From IMG/VR virus record IMGVR_UViG_3300043409_000680, positions 9,634 through 73,633 of that record: a DNA stretch of 64,000 bases; one strand, given 5' to 3'. The stretch comes from a virus. The stretch's first letter is position 1, and every line of letters starts with the position of its first letter. A program made the position numbers and the translations under genes. Under the pieces are notes generated by a model. The model had not been told where the DNA came from, searched no databases, and was given only the letters and a program-made list of their open reading frames with translations. Below are positions 20,601 to 29,830 of this stretch, piece by piece.

Positions 20601-21593
20601 TTATTTGCAACTCTTCCTAATTTTGTTCCTACTGGAAGTAGTTGGACTATTAAAACTGGTTGGCCTAAACAACCTAGTGCAGACCTAGAGGAATCATTAA
20701 TTCCTTCTTCTTCATTTGAGAATGATCTTGGAGACTGGAATAGTGATACAGCTCATTTGAAACGTGTTCCATATATGGGGTTGCACGTTGACTATGTAAC
20801 ACATGGAATTGCATATGCTGAAGTAACAACTCTTAGATCAGTAACTGATGAAAAGTATAATTTTGGTATCTCTTCGGACAAGATATATGTAAATCCAAAT
20901 AAAGGATATTATGGATCTGTTGCTGTGCGCCCTGTTCCTGGAACCTCTGCTTCTGGATTTTACGGTATTGTAGTTGAAGCTTACAATGAAAATGATGTAC
21001 TAATTCAAACATTTAATAATACTCTTAGAGTAAATACAGACCTTATTACTAATGGTATTGCCTTTACATCTAGCACAACAGCTCCAACGACTCCAGTTGA
21101 GGGCGATCGTTGGTTAGAGCCAGACAGTGGACGAATGTACACTTGGGTAATAGATGGAGACTCTTCTCAGTGGGCAGAAGTTGATGAGTATAACTATTAT
21201 GTAGGTTCTAACCTAAACATTGATTCTCGCTATGCGTACAGCGCTACCCCACCAATTAATCCTATCGTAGGAAGCCGTTGGATAGATACAGATACCCAAA
21301 TTGGCTACACATGGTTTGATGATGGAGATACCCAACAGTGGGTAGAGTTTGCAGTAATTTATTCAGATTCTTCTTCATACGTTGATGAAACATACTCTCC
21401 TCGTTGGGCCTACCTAAATATCGTTATTCCTAAGGGAGAACTACTTATCCCAATCTATGGTGGCAGCCCAACTCTGGTACCTCCTACATCTTTGGAGACT
21501 GCTGCATATGTTAAATTTAAAGTAGAGTGTACTCCTGACGTATTTGCTACAGGACAAGCGTTCCAGATAGATAGGGCTATTTTCCGAGAGTAA
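17664..21593 (+). CDS. large baseplate/tail protein with carbohydrate-binding-like modules
   Basis: KGTTEG (gpI-like); repeated N(L/F)xxNS(S/N)FE...GW CBM-like starts; duplicated C-terminal unit. Confidence 0.75.
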   Translation: MAKYSYDKYGNFIYGESNPETSPYYQANIVAESVDYNTIRILWQPISPNPVIGTPTCWALVKTFTGKPDDPYDGRIVIADSMERYQTSWVETFVNTTDIEINYSVWVFTEGYGWTFCGSANALIIAKTTTPDLVSKWIPRAWQNDKEGVGDSVGEYELQDLMTAITAYSIEYDKFRLMSKMLEKVNTSKYITNNYASTKLLDFGFSYEPNLGDPYYRTLAISGEKINSLKGTTEGISQYITALTHIQNKIEIGHNLILDYNDSSFEESTGRWGPNIAWTTYTIEGITPPSPNLYDIEALPRSVGLGKVTSGSNLVLELPYLPLATTIGGVIDGYSQMIPVNPGTRYIFTGWIKSASSFSIRTEIQWYNSKGQGISTTPVNSTTTIAAGSWTEFKSVSDAYRNGQIAPPGARFALISLSTTGAYPTFYIDMCQFCEWQHSLSYEDPRLIKIYLRGQEENLLLNSSFKEGIGGWFGKNVQLTHDQSSGSGSLGIYPLETIQPWGYWNQISSLIPYTGSIVWSDWVEVDPGISYTFSINKDQNLTNKIILGIEFSNVSSEENQSYVTLLGDTLYYDSFETANKNKLEELFYDVTTHTIKASPNVFFQAGDSVTIIGASNALFNGTWTVSSADTTGFYINNVYYAINANLLEVTNAYAVGTTKIYGNVNEEVYRYNNEISPDTTSVTAVAPPKTKDSGKPYARVYMLGVNQYEYLTIKNARFAPTLIEDRSQVKGDIVSLNPTYNTIYFDGNGNDPDDIVTGFDPITTQYFNTEGCFWETSKRYNFVNNSNFETNITGWSAVGSSVLSSNTSSGYSGTKSLKVTGSSGSAGGATTTVYLPYPAVGGESVAISAYVKGALGTFSITSPDANAFPYSGDKSFYLDATQATSWTRIDNVITLNQNQTSFTLNVNSVLDSGSTIYSIDAVQAEWGQVPSHFITLTDPGTFSFPNPNQTSNTLWSAYNQNINNGKSSYISEWGVKFNRLFATLPNFVPTGSSWTIKTGWPKQPSADLEESLIPSSSFENDLGDWNSDTAHLKRVPYMGLHVDYVTHGIAYAEVTTLRSVTDEKYNFGISSDKIYVNPNKGYYGSVAVRPVPGTSASGFYGIVVEAYNENDVLIQTFNNTLRVNTDLITNGIAFTSSTTAPTTPVEGDRWLEPDSGRMYTWVIDGDSSQWAEVDEYNYYVGSNLNIDSRYAYSATPPINPIVGSRWIDTDTQIGYTWFDDGDTQQWVEFAVIYSDSSSYVDETYSPRWAYLNIVIPKGELLIPIYGGSPTLVPPTSLETAAYVKFKVECTPDVFATGQAFQIDRAIFRE

Positions 21594-21603
21594 TCTCGCA
21601 AAG

Positions 21604-21632
21604 TTGACAAATCCAAACTAAACGAGTAAAAT
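21604..21632 (+). promoter_or_regulatory. sigma70/SigA-type promoter, probably leaderless
   Basis: TTGACA-17 nt-TAAAAT; ATG 7 nt downstream with no SD. Confidence 0.75.
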
Positions 21633-21639
21633 AAAATCT

Positions 21640-21915
21640 ATGGGCATAATTCTAATAGCAGCATTAGCGACAGCATTTATCCTAACCGCAGTTGAAAGCC
21701 TCCTCATTCCTTTAGGAAAATGGCGGGGGCTACTTGCGCTGGGCATATCAATGTTAGCGCTTATAAACCTTGAAGTCAAATGGTTGTACTTAGTCGTTTA
21801 TGCCTTTGCGTCAACCTTTGTCGGACTCACCCTTTCTATTCTTGTAGACCAAATTTTTGCAGGTTCTACACGTAGAGATTTCCGTGATTTGCCAAGAAGG
21901 GTCGACGTACGCTAA
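21640..21915 (+). CDS. small membrane protein
   Basis: About three hydrophobic segments. Confidence 0.7.
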   Translation: MGIILIAALATAFILTAVESLLIPLGKWRGLLALGISMLALINLEVKWLYLVVYAFASTFVGLTLSILVDQIFAGSTRRDFRDLPRRVDVR

Positions 21916-21937
21916 TATAGTATATAAGGAGGGTTAT

Positions 21938-22903
21938 ATGTTAAAACCTATTGTTAACCCAGGACTATCGTTACGTGCAAGATCTTTGTTCTACTACTTC
22001 CTTGAGAAGGGTAGACTCATGTCTGCAGATGAGTTGTGGGCGAGTAAAGAATTTCCCGAGGGCCGTGATGCTCTCGTCAACGCCTTGAATGAGCTAAAAG
22101 CCTTCAAGTACGTTCGTGCTGTCCGCACGAATGTCAATGGTCGCTGGGTCCACCAGCTTAAATTTACCGACGCCGCCCTGAAGTTATTGGGCGATTCCGT
22201 GCCCGGATTCTCAGGGCATATGTATATCTATAGAGATGTGTCTGTCAATACTAGTACTAGTACTAGTGACTTAACCACTAGTAGCAAGCATATAGATACA
22301 GTTACTAACGTAACTGTATCTATACCCGAGCAAGCTCGGGAAGAAGGAGAAGCAATGGCATGGAATCTTGATGGAGAAGAAACACCCGATGGCGACTTTA
22401 AAAGCAAGTCTCAGTTACGCAGAGCTAATATTATGCAGGAGGCCGAAGATACTCCTGGCGCTGTTGGCAAACTTGAAGATCGTCAAAAGAAGCTTAACAA
22501 TAAATACAAGCGTGCTACCAAAGCACAACACGCTGGGCGTAACCGCAGAGATGTTCCAGAGGCCGATTGGACTACAACAGATCTAATCGCAGAGTTCTAT
22601 GCGTTAACTGATGAGAAGGCTCCAGGTGTACCTGGGCAGGTTAATCAGGTTCGCATGGCAGGCTGGATTAATCAACAGGTTGGGCTTGGTACAGAGCGTG
22701 CAGTAATCCTTGCAGCGATTCGTATGTTCTTTGCGGATCCACGAATGCTTCACGATGCTGGAGTAGGCAAGCCACTCTACCAGCGCTTCTTTGGCTACTA
22801 TCTCACAGTTCACGGGGTGGTTACTAAGAAAGCAACTGTTTACGAAGACGAAGAGTTCCTAGCTCACCAAGAAAAGATGTTACGACTACTGAGAGGCGAA
22901 TAA
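21938..22903 (+). CDS. putative replication initiator (N-terminal wHTH)
   Basis: LSLRARSLF...GRDALVNALNELK..KY; directly upstream of a DnaC-like ATPase; SD AAGGAGG. Confidence 0.6.
   Translation: MLKPIVNPGLSLRARSLFYYFLEKGRLMSADELWASKEFPEGRDALVNALNELKAFKYVRAVRTNVNGRWVHQLKFTDAALKLLGDSVPGFSGHMYIYRDVSVNTSTSTSDLTTSSKHIDTVTNVTVSIPEQAREEGEAMAWNLDGEETPDGDFKSKSQLRRANIMQEAEDTPGAVGKLEDRQKKLNNKYKRATKAQHAGRNRRDVPEADWTTTDLIAEFYALTDEKAPGVPGQVNQVRMAGWINQQVGLGTERAVILAAIRMFFADPRMLHDAGVGKPLYQRFFGYYLTVHGVVTKKATVYEDEEFLAHQEKMLRLLRGE
22249..22340. repeat. TACTAG x3 plus 15-bp and 7-bp inverted repeats; candidate origin
   Basis: TATAGATACAGTTAC-TAAC-GTAACTGTATCTATA; CCCGAGC-AA-GCTCGGG. Confidence 0.7.
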
Positions 22904-23583
22904 TGTTTGACCTAAAAAGCTTAGCGCCCAGCCGTCGTTCTCAGATTATGACAGCAGGACTGCCAATGAAAACTATCGGTATGGAGTTCTCAGATTTGGA
23001 TCCAACTCCAGCTTTGGAGATTGTGAAGAACTGGGTAGCCTCAGTCATCGAAGGTAACGTTATCCAAGCAGTCGGAAAAGGCTCCTGCGGGGTCGGATTA
23101 CTCCTGGTAGGCAATCCAGGTCACGGCAAGACTACTATGGCCTCTACGGCCCTCCAGGAGCTTATTAGGGGTATTCCAGGGGACGCCTCCGGTGTACTGC
23201 CAAGGCACTTTGGGGGGTTTATGGACTACCCCAAGTTTTTAAGGCTACAACAGAAAAACTGGGGCAATGACGTAGACGACCAAAGTGAGATTTCTTTCCG
23301 ACTTGACAGCATACGGGGTGATGCTGGTAATATGAATAATACAAGAGTATTTATTCTCGATGACTTAGGTAAAGAATACAGAACCCAGTCTGGATGGTCA
23401 GAGAACCAGTTTGATGCTTTGTTGCGTTCAAGATTTAATGCGGGGTTACCCACAATTGTCACAACAAACGTACCAAAACAAGATTGGGGAAAGGTTTACG
23501 GAGAACCCATGGGTAGTTTCGTAAACGAAGCGTTTATTCCAGTTGTAGTATCGTCTAGTGAAGGGGATCGTCGAGGAAAATGA
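22903..23583 (+). CDS. DnaC/IstB-like helicase loader ATPase
   Basis: GNPGHGKT, ILDDLGKE, R...PTIVTTN. Confidence 0.85.
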   Translation: MFDLKSLAPSRRSQIMTAGLPMKTIGMEFSDLDPTPALEIVKNWVASVIEGNVIQAVGKGSCGVGLLLVGNPGHGKTTMASTALQELIRGIPGDASGVLPRHFGGFMDYPKFLRLQQKNWGNDVDDQSEISFRLDSIRGDAGNMNNTRVFILDDLGKEYRTQSGWSENQFDALLRSRFNAGLPTIVTTNVPKQDWGKVYGEPMGSFVNEAFIPVVVSSSEGDRRGK

Positions 23584-23876
23584 GAGAGACTACAATGACC
23601 TGGCAAACCACACAGTTGTTTTTATCTACTACAGGTGTACATGAAGTTCAAATTAACCTTGACAACCAAAAACTTCGATGCAACTGTCAAGGAGCAAGTT
23701 CTCGCAGTTACTGCAAACATATGGTTTTTGTTGATAAGCGTATGGAGCGTAACGGTGGGGTTTATCCTGTTGAAATTTCTAAAAATGCAAAAATGGAAGA
23801 CGCAGCAATTGCTAATTTAGATCCAGAAGCATTTAGAGAATTTTTAGTTAGGTACGGCAAGATTGAAGTAGTTTAG
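23580..23876 (+). CDS. SWIM-type zinc finger protein
   Basis: CNC...CKH. Confidence 0.75.
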   Translation: MRETTMTWQTTQLFLSTTGVHEVQINLDNQKLRCNCQGASSRSYCKHMVFVDKRMERNGGVYPVEISKNAKMEDAAIANLDPEAFREFLVRYGKIEVV

Positions 23877-23878
23877 AT

Positions 23879-24298
23879 ATGAGAGGGGGCGACATATCAA
23901 ATGAGGTTCCAGCTCGTATGCTTGTCGCTCTTGACTGCATATTAAACCGAGAAATTAAAATAACTAAAGTTTTAGGTATTCCAGTACCTAAAGAAGAAGT
24001 TACATATAGTCGCATCTCGTTAGCAATGTTTTGGCGATTTGCAGAGAAGTATGGTTATACGCTAGAATTAGTAGGGTTCGGTCATTCTCAAAAAGAAATG
24101 GATGATGTACTTGAGGATCTTCATAATTTAGGTACTAACCCATTTAGTTATTCTACCGCCTATAACGTAGTGGCTGACTTAGTAGCAGAGTTGCCTTATA
24201 GACCTGAAGTAAAAAACGTAATTGATATACCCAGTCGTAGTTTGCGTTATGGGCATTGGTATTTGGATTTGGAGGCATTAAATAATGGCAGCAGATAA
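23879..24298 (+). CDS. hypothetical protein, possibly degenerate HAD fold
   Basis: MRGGDISNE...; coupled to the helicase gene. Confidence 0.5.
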   Translation: MRGGDISNEVPARMLVALDCILNREIKITKVLGIPVPKEEVTYSRISLAMFWRFAEKYGYTLELVGFGHSQKEMDDVLEDLHNLGTNPFSYSTAYNVVADLVAELPYRPEVKNVIDIPSRSLRYGHWYLDLEALNNGSR

Positions 24299-25520
24299 TG
24301 AAGAGCGGTTACTTTCTCGTGTTATCAAAACAAGAGATCTTTCCCGTGCATTAGAAGCTGGTGTAACAGAGGAATGGTTTTACGTAGACGAGAATCGTGC
24401 TATGTGGAAGTTCTTAGTTGCTCACTGGTCTAAGTACCAAGAAGTACCTACCGCAGTAACAGTTAAAGATAACTTCCCAACTTACCGGTTACTTGCTGTA
24501 GAAGACTCCGCTGAGTACTTAGTAGACCAGCTTGCTGAATACAGACGACGCCAAAAAGCTATTGAAGTAATCCAGAACGCAGCTGAATTTATTGCGGAGG
24601 GAAACCACGATGAGGCTATTGCTGAAATGGGCCGTGGGCTTTCTGCTATCCATGATGAGACTAGCGGAGAATCAGAAGATGAGAACCTTAGCAAAGATGC
24701 ACTAAAGCGTTACGATGAGTACCTTGCAATTAAGACCCGTCCTAACGGATTACTTGGTATCTCCACCGGATTTAAAACTATTGATGATATTACGGCAGGT
24801 ATCTTAAAGCAGCAGCTTTGGACAATCATCGCACCGCCTAAGACAGGTAAATCTGTGTTAGCTATGCAGATGGCAATTAGAGCACAAGATGAAGATCTTA
24901 AAGTTCTCTTTCAGTCTTTTGAAATGACTGCTCGTGAAATGAAAACTCGTTATGATGCTATGCGTGCCCACATCTCTCATGCTCGTCACATTCGTGGTGC
25001 GTTAACTTCCGTTGAAGAAGAGCGGCTACTTGCTCACTTAAATACTGAGCGTAATGATTTTATTATGCCTGATGCAATCTCTGCCCGTACAGTCTCTGGC
25101 TTGTCAGCAAAGATTGAAAAATTTACCCCTGATATTGTTTTTGTAGACGGTGTTTACCTTATGCACGATGAGGCAACAGGTGAAACAGAGACAGAGCGTG
25201 CTCTACGTAGCTTAACACGTAGCTTAAAGCGCCTAGCACAGCGCTATGATCTTCCAGTAATTATCAGTACTCAGTCTCTTCGTTCTAAAATGCGTGGTGG
25301 CAAAGTAACTTCTGATTCTATTGGGTACACTTCTTCGTTTGCTCAAGACTCGGATATGATCCTAGCTTTGCAGCGTCAAGACGAAGAGGACGACAGTTCT
25401 CGTTCATTGTCTATTGTAGAAAGCCGTATTTCCGGTAAAGGAAGTACTGATCTTCTATGGGACTGGGAGGAGGGCCGCTTTGAAGAATATGGCACCTTTG
25501 GTCAACAAATCACCTTTTGA
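24285..25520 (+). CDS. dnaB: replicative DNA helicase
   Basis: GISTGF..ID, APPKTGKS, SFEM, VFVDG, LKRLA, QDSD. Confidence 0.9.
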   Translation: MAADNEERLLSRVIKTRDLSRALEAGVTEEWFYVDENRAMWKFLVAHWSKYQEVPTAVTVKDNFPTYRLLAVEDSAEYLVDQLAEYRRRQKAIEVIQNAAEFIAEGNHDEAIAEMGRGLSAIHDETSGESEDENLSKDALKRYDEYLAIKTRPNGLLGISTGFKTIDDITAGILKQQLWTIIAPPKTGKSVLAMQMAIRAQDEDLKVLFQSFEMTAREMKTRYDAMRAHISHARHIRGALTSVEEERLLAHLNTERNDFIMPDAISARTVSGLSAKIEKFTPDIVFVDGVYLMHDEATGETETERALRSLTRSLKRLAQRYDLPVIISTQSLRSKMRGGKVTSDSIGYTSSFAQDSDMILALQRQDEEDDSSRSLSIVESRISGKGSTDLLWDWEEGRFEEYGTFGQQITF

Positions 25521-25749
25521 TGGTACTCAGCTATGCGTAGATGCGGATCCGGAAATCTTTTTTCCTCAAACGTATACATACCTAGATAAGGATACTGTAA
25601 ACGCTGCTAAAGCAGTGTGCGGTGATTGTTGGATGCAGAAGGACTGTTTAGAATATGCACTAAACGAACCAGGTCTAGAAGGGATCTGGGGAGGAACAAC
25701 CCCACTAGAAAGAAAGCGGTTAAAAAAATTAAACATATTAACGATGTAA
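25480..25749 (+). CDS. whiB: WhiB family transcription factor
   Basis: C...DPEIFFP...AKAVCGDC...C...GIWGG. Confidence 0.9.
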   Translation: MKNMAPLVNKSPFDGTQLCVDADPEIFFPQTYTYLDKDTVNAAKAVCGDCWMQKDCLEYALNEPGLEGIWGGTTPLERKRLKKLNILTM

Positions 25750-25949
25750 AACCTGACTACAAAAATGCACTAGATGTACGTGGTGAGCCAACAATGGTTT
25801 GTCCATGTGGATGTTATGTGTGGAATCTTAAAGTAAGCTTTGATGAAGAAGGCGTGATCAATACCTACTTTACAGATATGGAATGTATTGAGTGCGGAAC
25901 ACTAGCTACGGCACCAATGCCAGGAGTTAATATCGGTTTGGAGGACTAA
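25626..25949 (+). CDS. zinc-ribbon protein (true start probably downstream)
   Basis: CPCGC...CIECG; N-terminal overlap with whiB is probably spurious. Confidence 0.55.
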   Translation: MLDAEGLFRICTKRTRSRRDLGRNNPTRKKAVKKIKHINDVKPDYKNALDVRGEPTMVCPCGCYVWNLKVSFDEEGVINTYFTDMECIECGTLATAPMPGVNIGLED

Positions 25950-26923
25950 TGTATCGTCAGGGTGATGTAGAGAGCGCATTACTCCGTCTTGGTATTGAAG
26001 TAGACCAGCGGGGAGATGAGCTATTAGGCCTGTGCCCAATGCACTTAGAGCGCACAGGAAAATCAGATTCAAATCCTTCCTGGTCTATGAATTCAGAGAC
26101 TGGTGTTCATCACTGCTTCTCTTGTGGTTACAAAGGAACGCTCCTTACTTTAGTTGCTGAAGTTAAAGACTTCAACACTCAGTGGGATCGTCTTGACTTT
26201 GATGCTGCAAAGGATTGGCTACGTAGCAATATCGAGGTTAACTTCGAACTACTAGCTAAGCAGTTAGATGAAGCTAAAGAAGCTTACATTCCTGTCCAAC
26301 GTTTGTTGGAGATGAGTGAGGCACGTCTTGCAGTCTTTGCAGACATTCCACCACAGTGGGCGCTAGACGCCCGTAATTTAACTGCGGATGCGTGTGTTAC
26401 TCACAAAGTTAAGTGGGATACCAAACAGAATGCGTGGATCACCCCTATTAGAAATCCTGAAACCCACTCCCTATTGGGGTGGCAAGAAAAGGGACAGAGC
26501 AATAGGTACTTCCGCAATCGCCCTGCCGGTGTAGAAAAGTCTAGAACCTTATTTGGTCTCGATGTCTGGAAGGGAGGCTCTATGATCGTAGTAGAGTCTC
26601 CTTTAGACGTCGTACGACTCTCATCATTGGGAATATCTGGTGGTGTCTCAACCTATGGGGCGTCAATTAGCGAAACACAAAAGAACTACATGCGTCAAGC
26701 TGAGAAGTTGATTATTGCCTTTGATAACGCTATAATGGATAGTGCGGGGTTAAAAGCCTCGCAAGATATGCTTGCCTACGGTAAGAAGACTGGCCTTGAG
26801 TGCTACTTCTTTAACTATGGTAAGAGTGAGTACAAAGATATAGGAGATATGCCAGAGCAAGAAGTTTGGGATGGAATACGTACATCTAAACATTCAGTAT
26901 TTGGAGAGGCGGCATTTGTATGA
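25949..26923 (+). CDS. dnaG: DNA primase
   Basis: CPMH...CFSCG zinc finger; TOPRIM VVESPLD, AFDN, KDIGD. Confidence 0.9.
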   Translation: MYRQGDVESALLRLGIEVDQRGDELLGLCPMHLERTGKSDSNPSWSMNSETGVHHCFSCGYKGTLLTLVAEVKDFNTQWDRLDFDAAKDWLRSNIEVNFELLAKQLDEAKEAYIPVQRLLEMSEARLAVFADIPPQWALDARNLTADACVTHKVKWDTKQNAWITPIRNPETHSLLGWQEKGQSNRYFRNRPAGVEKSRTLFGLDVWKGGSMIVVESPLDVVRLSSLGISGGVSTYGASISETQKNYMRQAEKLIIAFDNAIMDSAGLKASQDMLAYGKKTGLECYFFNYGKSEYKDIGDMPEQEVWDGIRTSKHSVFGEAAFV

Positions 26924-27153
26924 CACACGATGAACTGCTGGCAGAAATAAATCTAGCATCAATAGGTGAGTATGCCAGCCTTGCTGTAGCCCTAATTGCA
27001 GTAGTGGAATTGCATAAGCCAAAAGAAGAAGATGGCAAACTGTGGTGCATACACGAGGTTTGTTACAACCACGTAGAGTTTCTTGAACGAAATGACTGTG
27101 ACTGTTCCTATCCCTGCCCAACTATTGAGGCAATAATTGAGGAACTTAAATGA
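26920..27153 (+). CDS. small hypothetical protein
   Basis: [14 protein letters not shown]...[13 protein letters not shown]. Confidence 0.7.
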   Translation: MTHDELLAEINLASIGEYASLAVALIAVVELHKPKEEDGKLWCIHEVCYNHVEFLERNDCDCSYPCPTIEAIIEELK

Positions 27154-27317
27154 GTAAAGCAACTTGGGAAGAATGGATGGATGTACCCAAAGAAGTGCAA
27201 GATGTTATTGCAAAAAATATTGCTCGCAAACTAAGGGAAGAATACCCTCATCCATCTGAAGAGGCTAAGGCTTGGGCATATGCCTATGCAGAAGTAATTG
27301 AAAAGGAGTTGCAATGA
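27150..27317 (+). CDS. small hypothetical protein (not in ORF track)
   Basis: MSKATWEEW...EVIEKELQ; ATGA overlaps at both ends. Confidence 0.7.
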   Translation: MSKATWEEWMDVPKEVQDVIAKNIARKLREEYPHPSEEAKAWAYAYAEVIEKELQ

Positions 27318-27505
27318 GAGGTGTATGTAGCATTAATACGTGCGAAATGTATATGGACAAACGCACAAAAATCACCAGAAAAGTAATACCAATTCCAAAC
27401 AAAATTCACGAATCATTTGAGTGGGCTGCGGTTGATAGTAATATTAATATATGCTGGCATTGCGGTGACAAAATATTAAAGGCTATCGAGAAGGAGTTGG
27501 GATGA
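27314..27505 (+). CDS. small Cys-containing hypothetical protein
   Basis: Ends KAIEKELG; ATGA overlaps. Confidence 0.65.
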   Translation: MRGVCSINTCEMYMDKRTKITRKVIPIPNKIHESFEWAAVDSNINICWHCGDKILKAIEKELG

Positions 27506-28053
27506 TTATAGGACTAACAGGTTACGCTCAGTCCGGTAAGGACACCGTAGCTAGTACCTTAGTAAATAACTACGGGTTTACTCGTGTTGCTTTTGCAGAT
27601 AAGATTCGTGACTACCTTTATGAAATGAATCCTATGGTAGATAACATGTCTGGACAACCAATTTATCTTAAAGAATTGGTTGATATTGCAGGTTGGGAAA
27701 ACGCTAAAAAATCTCCTCATGTACGCCGTGCATTACAGAATGCTGGTGTTGCTGCCCGTACAATATTTGGACCTCAATTTTGGGTGCACGAGGCCATGAA
27801 AACTATGCTTAATGATCCTAGACCAGATCTTAACTACGTCATAACAGATGTTAGATTCCTAAATGAGGCAGATATGATACGTGCTAATAAAGGCCAACTT
27901 TGGCGCATAAAGCGTTTAGGCATAGAAGCAGTAAATAGTCATGTGTCAGAACATGAACTAGATAACTATGCGGTTGATCAAATCTTTACAAATAATGGTA
28001 CCCTAGAAGACCTAGAGGCTATGATTAATGCAAGAATGGTGGCGTTAGTCTAA
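27502..28053 (+). CDS. deoxynucleoside monophosphate kinase
   Basis: [31 protein letters not shown]. Confidence 0.92.
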   Translation: MIIGLTGYAQSGKDTVASTLVNNYGFTRVAFADKIRDYLYEMNPMVDNMSGQPIYLKELVDIAGWENAKKSPHVRRALQNAGVAARTIFGPQFWVHEAMKTMLNDPRPDLNYVITDVRFLNEADMIRANKGQLWRIKRLGIEAVNSHVSEHELDNYAVDQIFTNNGTLEDLEAMINARMVALV

Positions 28054-28259
28054 TGTGGTCTTGGATATTAGCTATTATTGGAGTAACTGGTATTTACTTT
28101 GTAGGGCGTAAAACCCTCTGGGGTTGGTTTGTGCTCTTGTTTAACGAATGCCTATGGATTACCTATGCCATTATTACAGACCAATATGGATTTATATTCT
28201 CTGCTTTAGCATACGCAGCAGTTTACATACGATCATATTTACATTGGAAAGCTGAGTAA
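28053..28259 (+). CDS. small membrane protein, PnuC-like fragment
   Basis: Three hydrophobic helices, Trp-rich. Confidence 0.55.
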   Translation: MWSWILAIIGVTGIYFVGRKTLWGWFVLLFNECLWITYAIITDQYGFIFSALAYAAVYIRSYLHWKAE

Positions 28260-29818
28260 TGTCATTCACTGGAACTTTATTACCCTACCAGGTTGAGGCT
28301 GTAGATGCCATGGTGGCACGCAAGAAAATGCTTGTTGCCTATGACCTGGGTTTAGGTAAGACTGTTCTAACTATTGCAGCAATAGAAGAGTTGAATTTAG
28401 AAGAGCCTGGTATTGTTATATGCCTATCCAGCCTTAAATATCAGTGGGCTGAACAAATCAGAAAGTTTACTGATGTTGGAAATCCTTTGGTCATTGATGG
28501 CACCCCCAAGCAAAGAGCCCTCCAGTATGAGCAAGCGCTCACTGGAGAGTACACTCATATCATTATCAACTACGAGCAAGTTGTTAACGACTGGGAGCAA
28601 GTACGACTACTCCCACAGGGATTCATTGTCTGCGACGAAGCAACCGCAATTAAATCTTTCAGGTCTAAACGATCAAAGCAAGTAAAGAAGTTAGAAAGTA
28701 AAGTTAAATTTGCACTTACCGGAACTCCTATTGAGAATGGTAAGCCTGAAGAGCTGTATAGCATTATGCAGTTTATTGACCCTAAGATCTTAGGGCGTTT
28801 TGATTTATTTGACCAAACCTTTATTGTACGTAATCGTTTTGGTGGGGTAGAGCGTTACCGTAACTTACCTACATTAAGCAAGACACTTGCTACAGCGACA
28901 GTACGCAAACGCCAACAAGACCCAGACGTTGCACCATATCTTCCAGATACTATCTTTGCAGAACCTATTTTAGTATCTTTTGATAAAGCTGGATCAGCGC
29001 TATATAAGCAAATAGCAAATGAAATACTAAATGATTTAGATGATGCTTTAGATAGTTACGGCAGCTCCTTTGACTTATTTTCACACTACTCTGGTGAACA
29101 TCAAGATGAGGCTGCCAATGCTCTTAAAGGAAAGATTATGTCTAAGCTTACTGCATTACGCATGCTTTGCGATAGTCCGTCTTTGTTGTCTAACTCTGCT
29201 GGTAAATACCGTAAAGATCCTGACAATGGGTCTAAATATGTTAATGATTTAGATGAGGCAGGCAAGTTAGCTGTGCTTAAAGCAAGTCCTAAAGCTAAAG
29301 CACTTGAGTCTTACGTAGTTGACTTCTTAGATAGTTATGAAGGCAACAAGCTAGTAATCTTTACCAGTTATGTGCATATGGTAAAATTATTGCACAAATC
29401 TTTAGAAAACTATTCACCACAAATGTATACAGGAGAAATGAATGCAAAAGACAAAGAAGCTGCTAAAGTTACTTTCCAAACTGATCCAGGTTGTCGTATT
29501 CTTATTAGTTCTGATGCCGGTGGCTATGGTGTGGATCTGCCTCAAGCTAATCTCCTTATTAATTACGACCTTCCGTGGAACGCCGGTTTGGCTCTCCAAC
29601 GCAATGGCCGTATACGAAGAGCCTCTAGTACTTGGCCTACAATTGTTATTCAAGACTTCTTAATGGAAGGATCCATTGAGGAACGTCAACATGCTATGCT
29701 TGTACAAAAGATGGCTGTGGCTAATGCCGTACTTGATGGGGAAGGAATAAATGATGCAGGTGGAGTTACCCTAACTGCGGGTACACTTAGGGCTTTTTTA
29801 ACGGCTATTTCAGTCTAA
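28259..29818 (+). CDS. SNF2-family helicase
   Basis: DLGLGKT, CDEA, LTGTPIEN, PWN, QRNGRIRR. Confidence 0.92.
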   Translation: MSFTGTLLPYQVEAVDAMVARKKMLVAYDLGLGKTVLTIAAIEELNLEEPGIVICLSSLKYQWAEQIRKFTDVGNPLVIDGTPKQRALQYEQALTGEYTHIIINYEQVVNDWEQVRLLPQGFIVCDEATAIKSFRSKRSKQVKKLESKVKFALTGTPIENGKPEELYSIMQFIDPKILGRFDLFDQTFIVRNRFGGVERYRNLPTLSKTLATATVRKRQQDPDVAPYLPDTIFAEPILVSFDKAGSALYKQIANEILNDLDDALDSYGSSFDLFSHYSGEHQDEAANALKGKIMSKLTALRMLCDSPSLLSNSAGKYRKDPDNGSKYVNDLDEAGKLAVLKASPKAKALESYVVDFLDSYEGNKLVIFTSYVHMVKLLHKSLENYSPQMYTGEMNAKDKEAAKVTFQTDPGCRILISSDAGGYGVDLPQANLLINYDLPWNAGLALQRNGRIRRASSTWPTIVIQDFLMEGSIEERQHAMLVQKMAVANAVLDGEGINDAGGVTLTAGTLRAFLTAISV

Positions 29819-29830
29819 TATATAACTACT

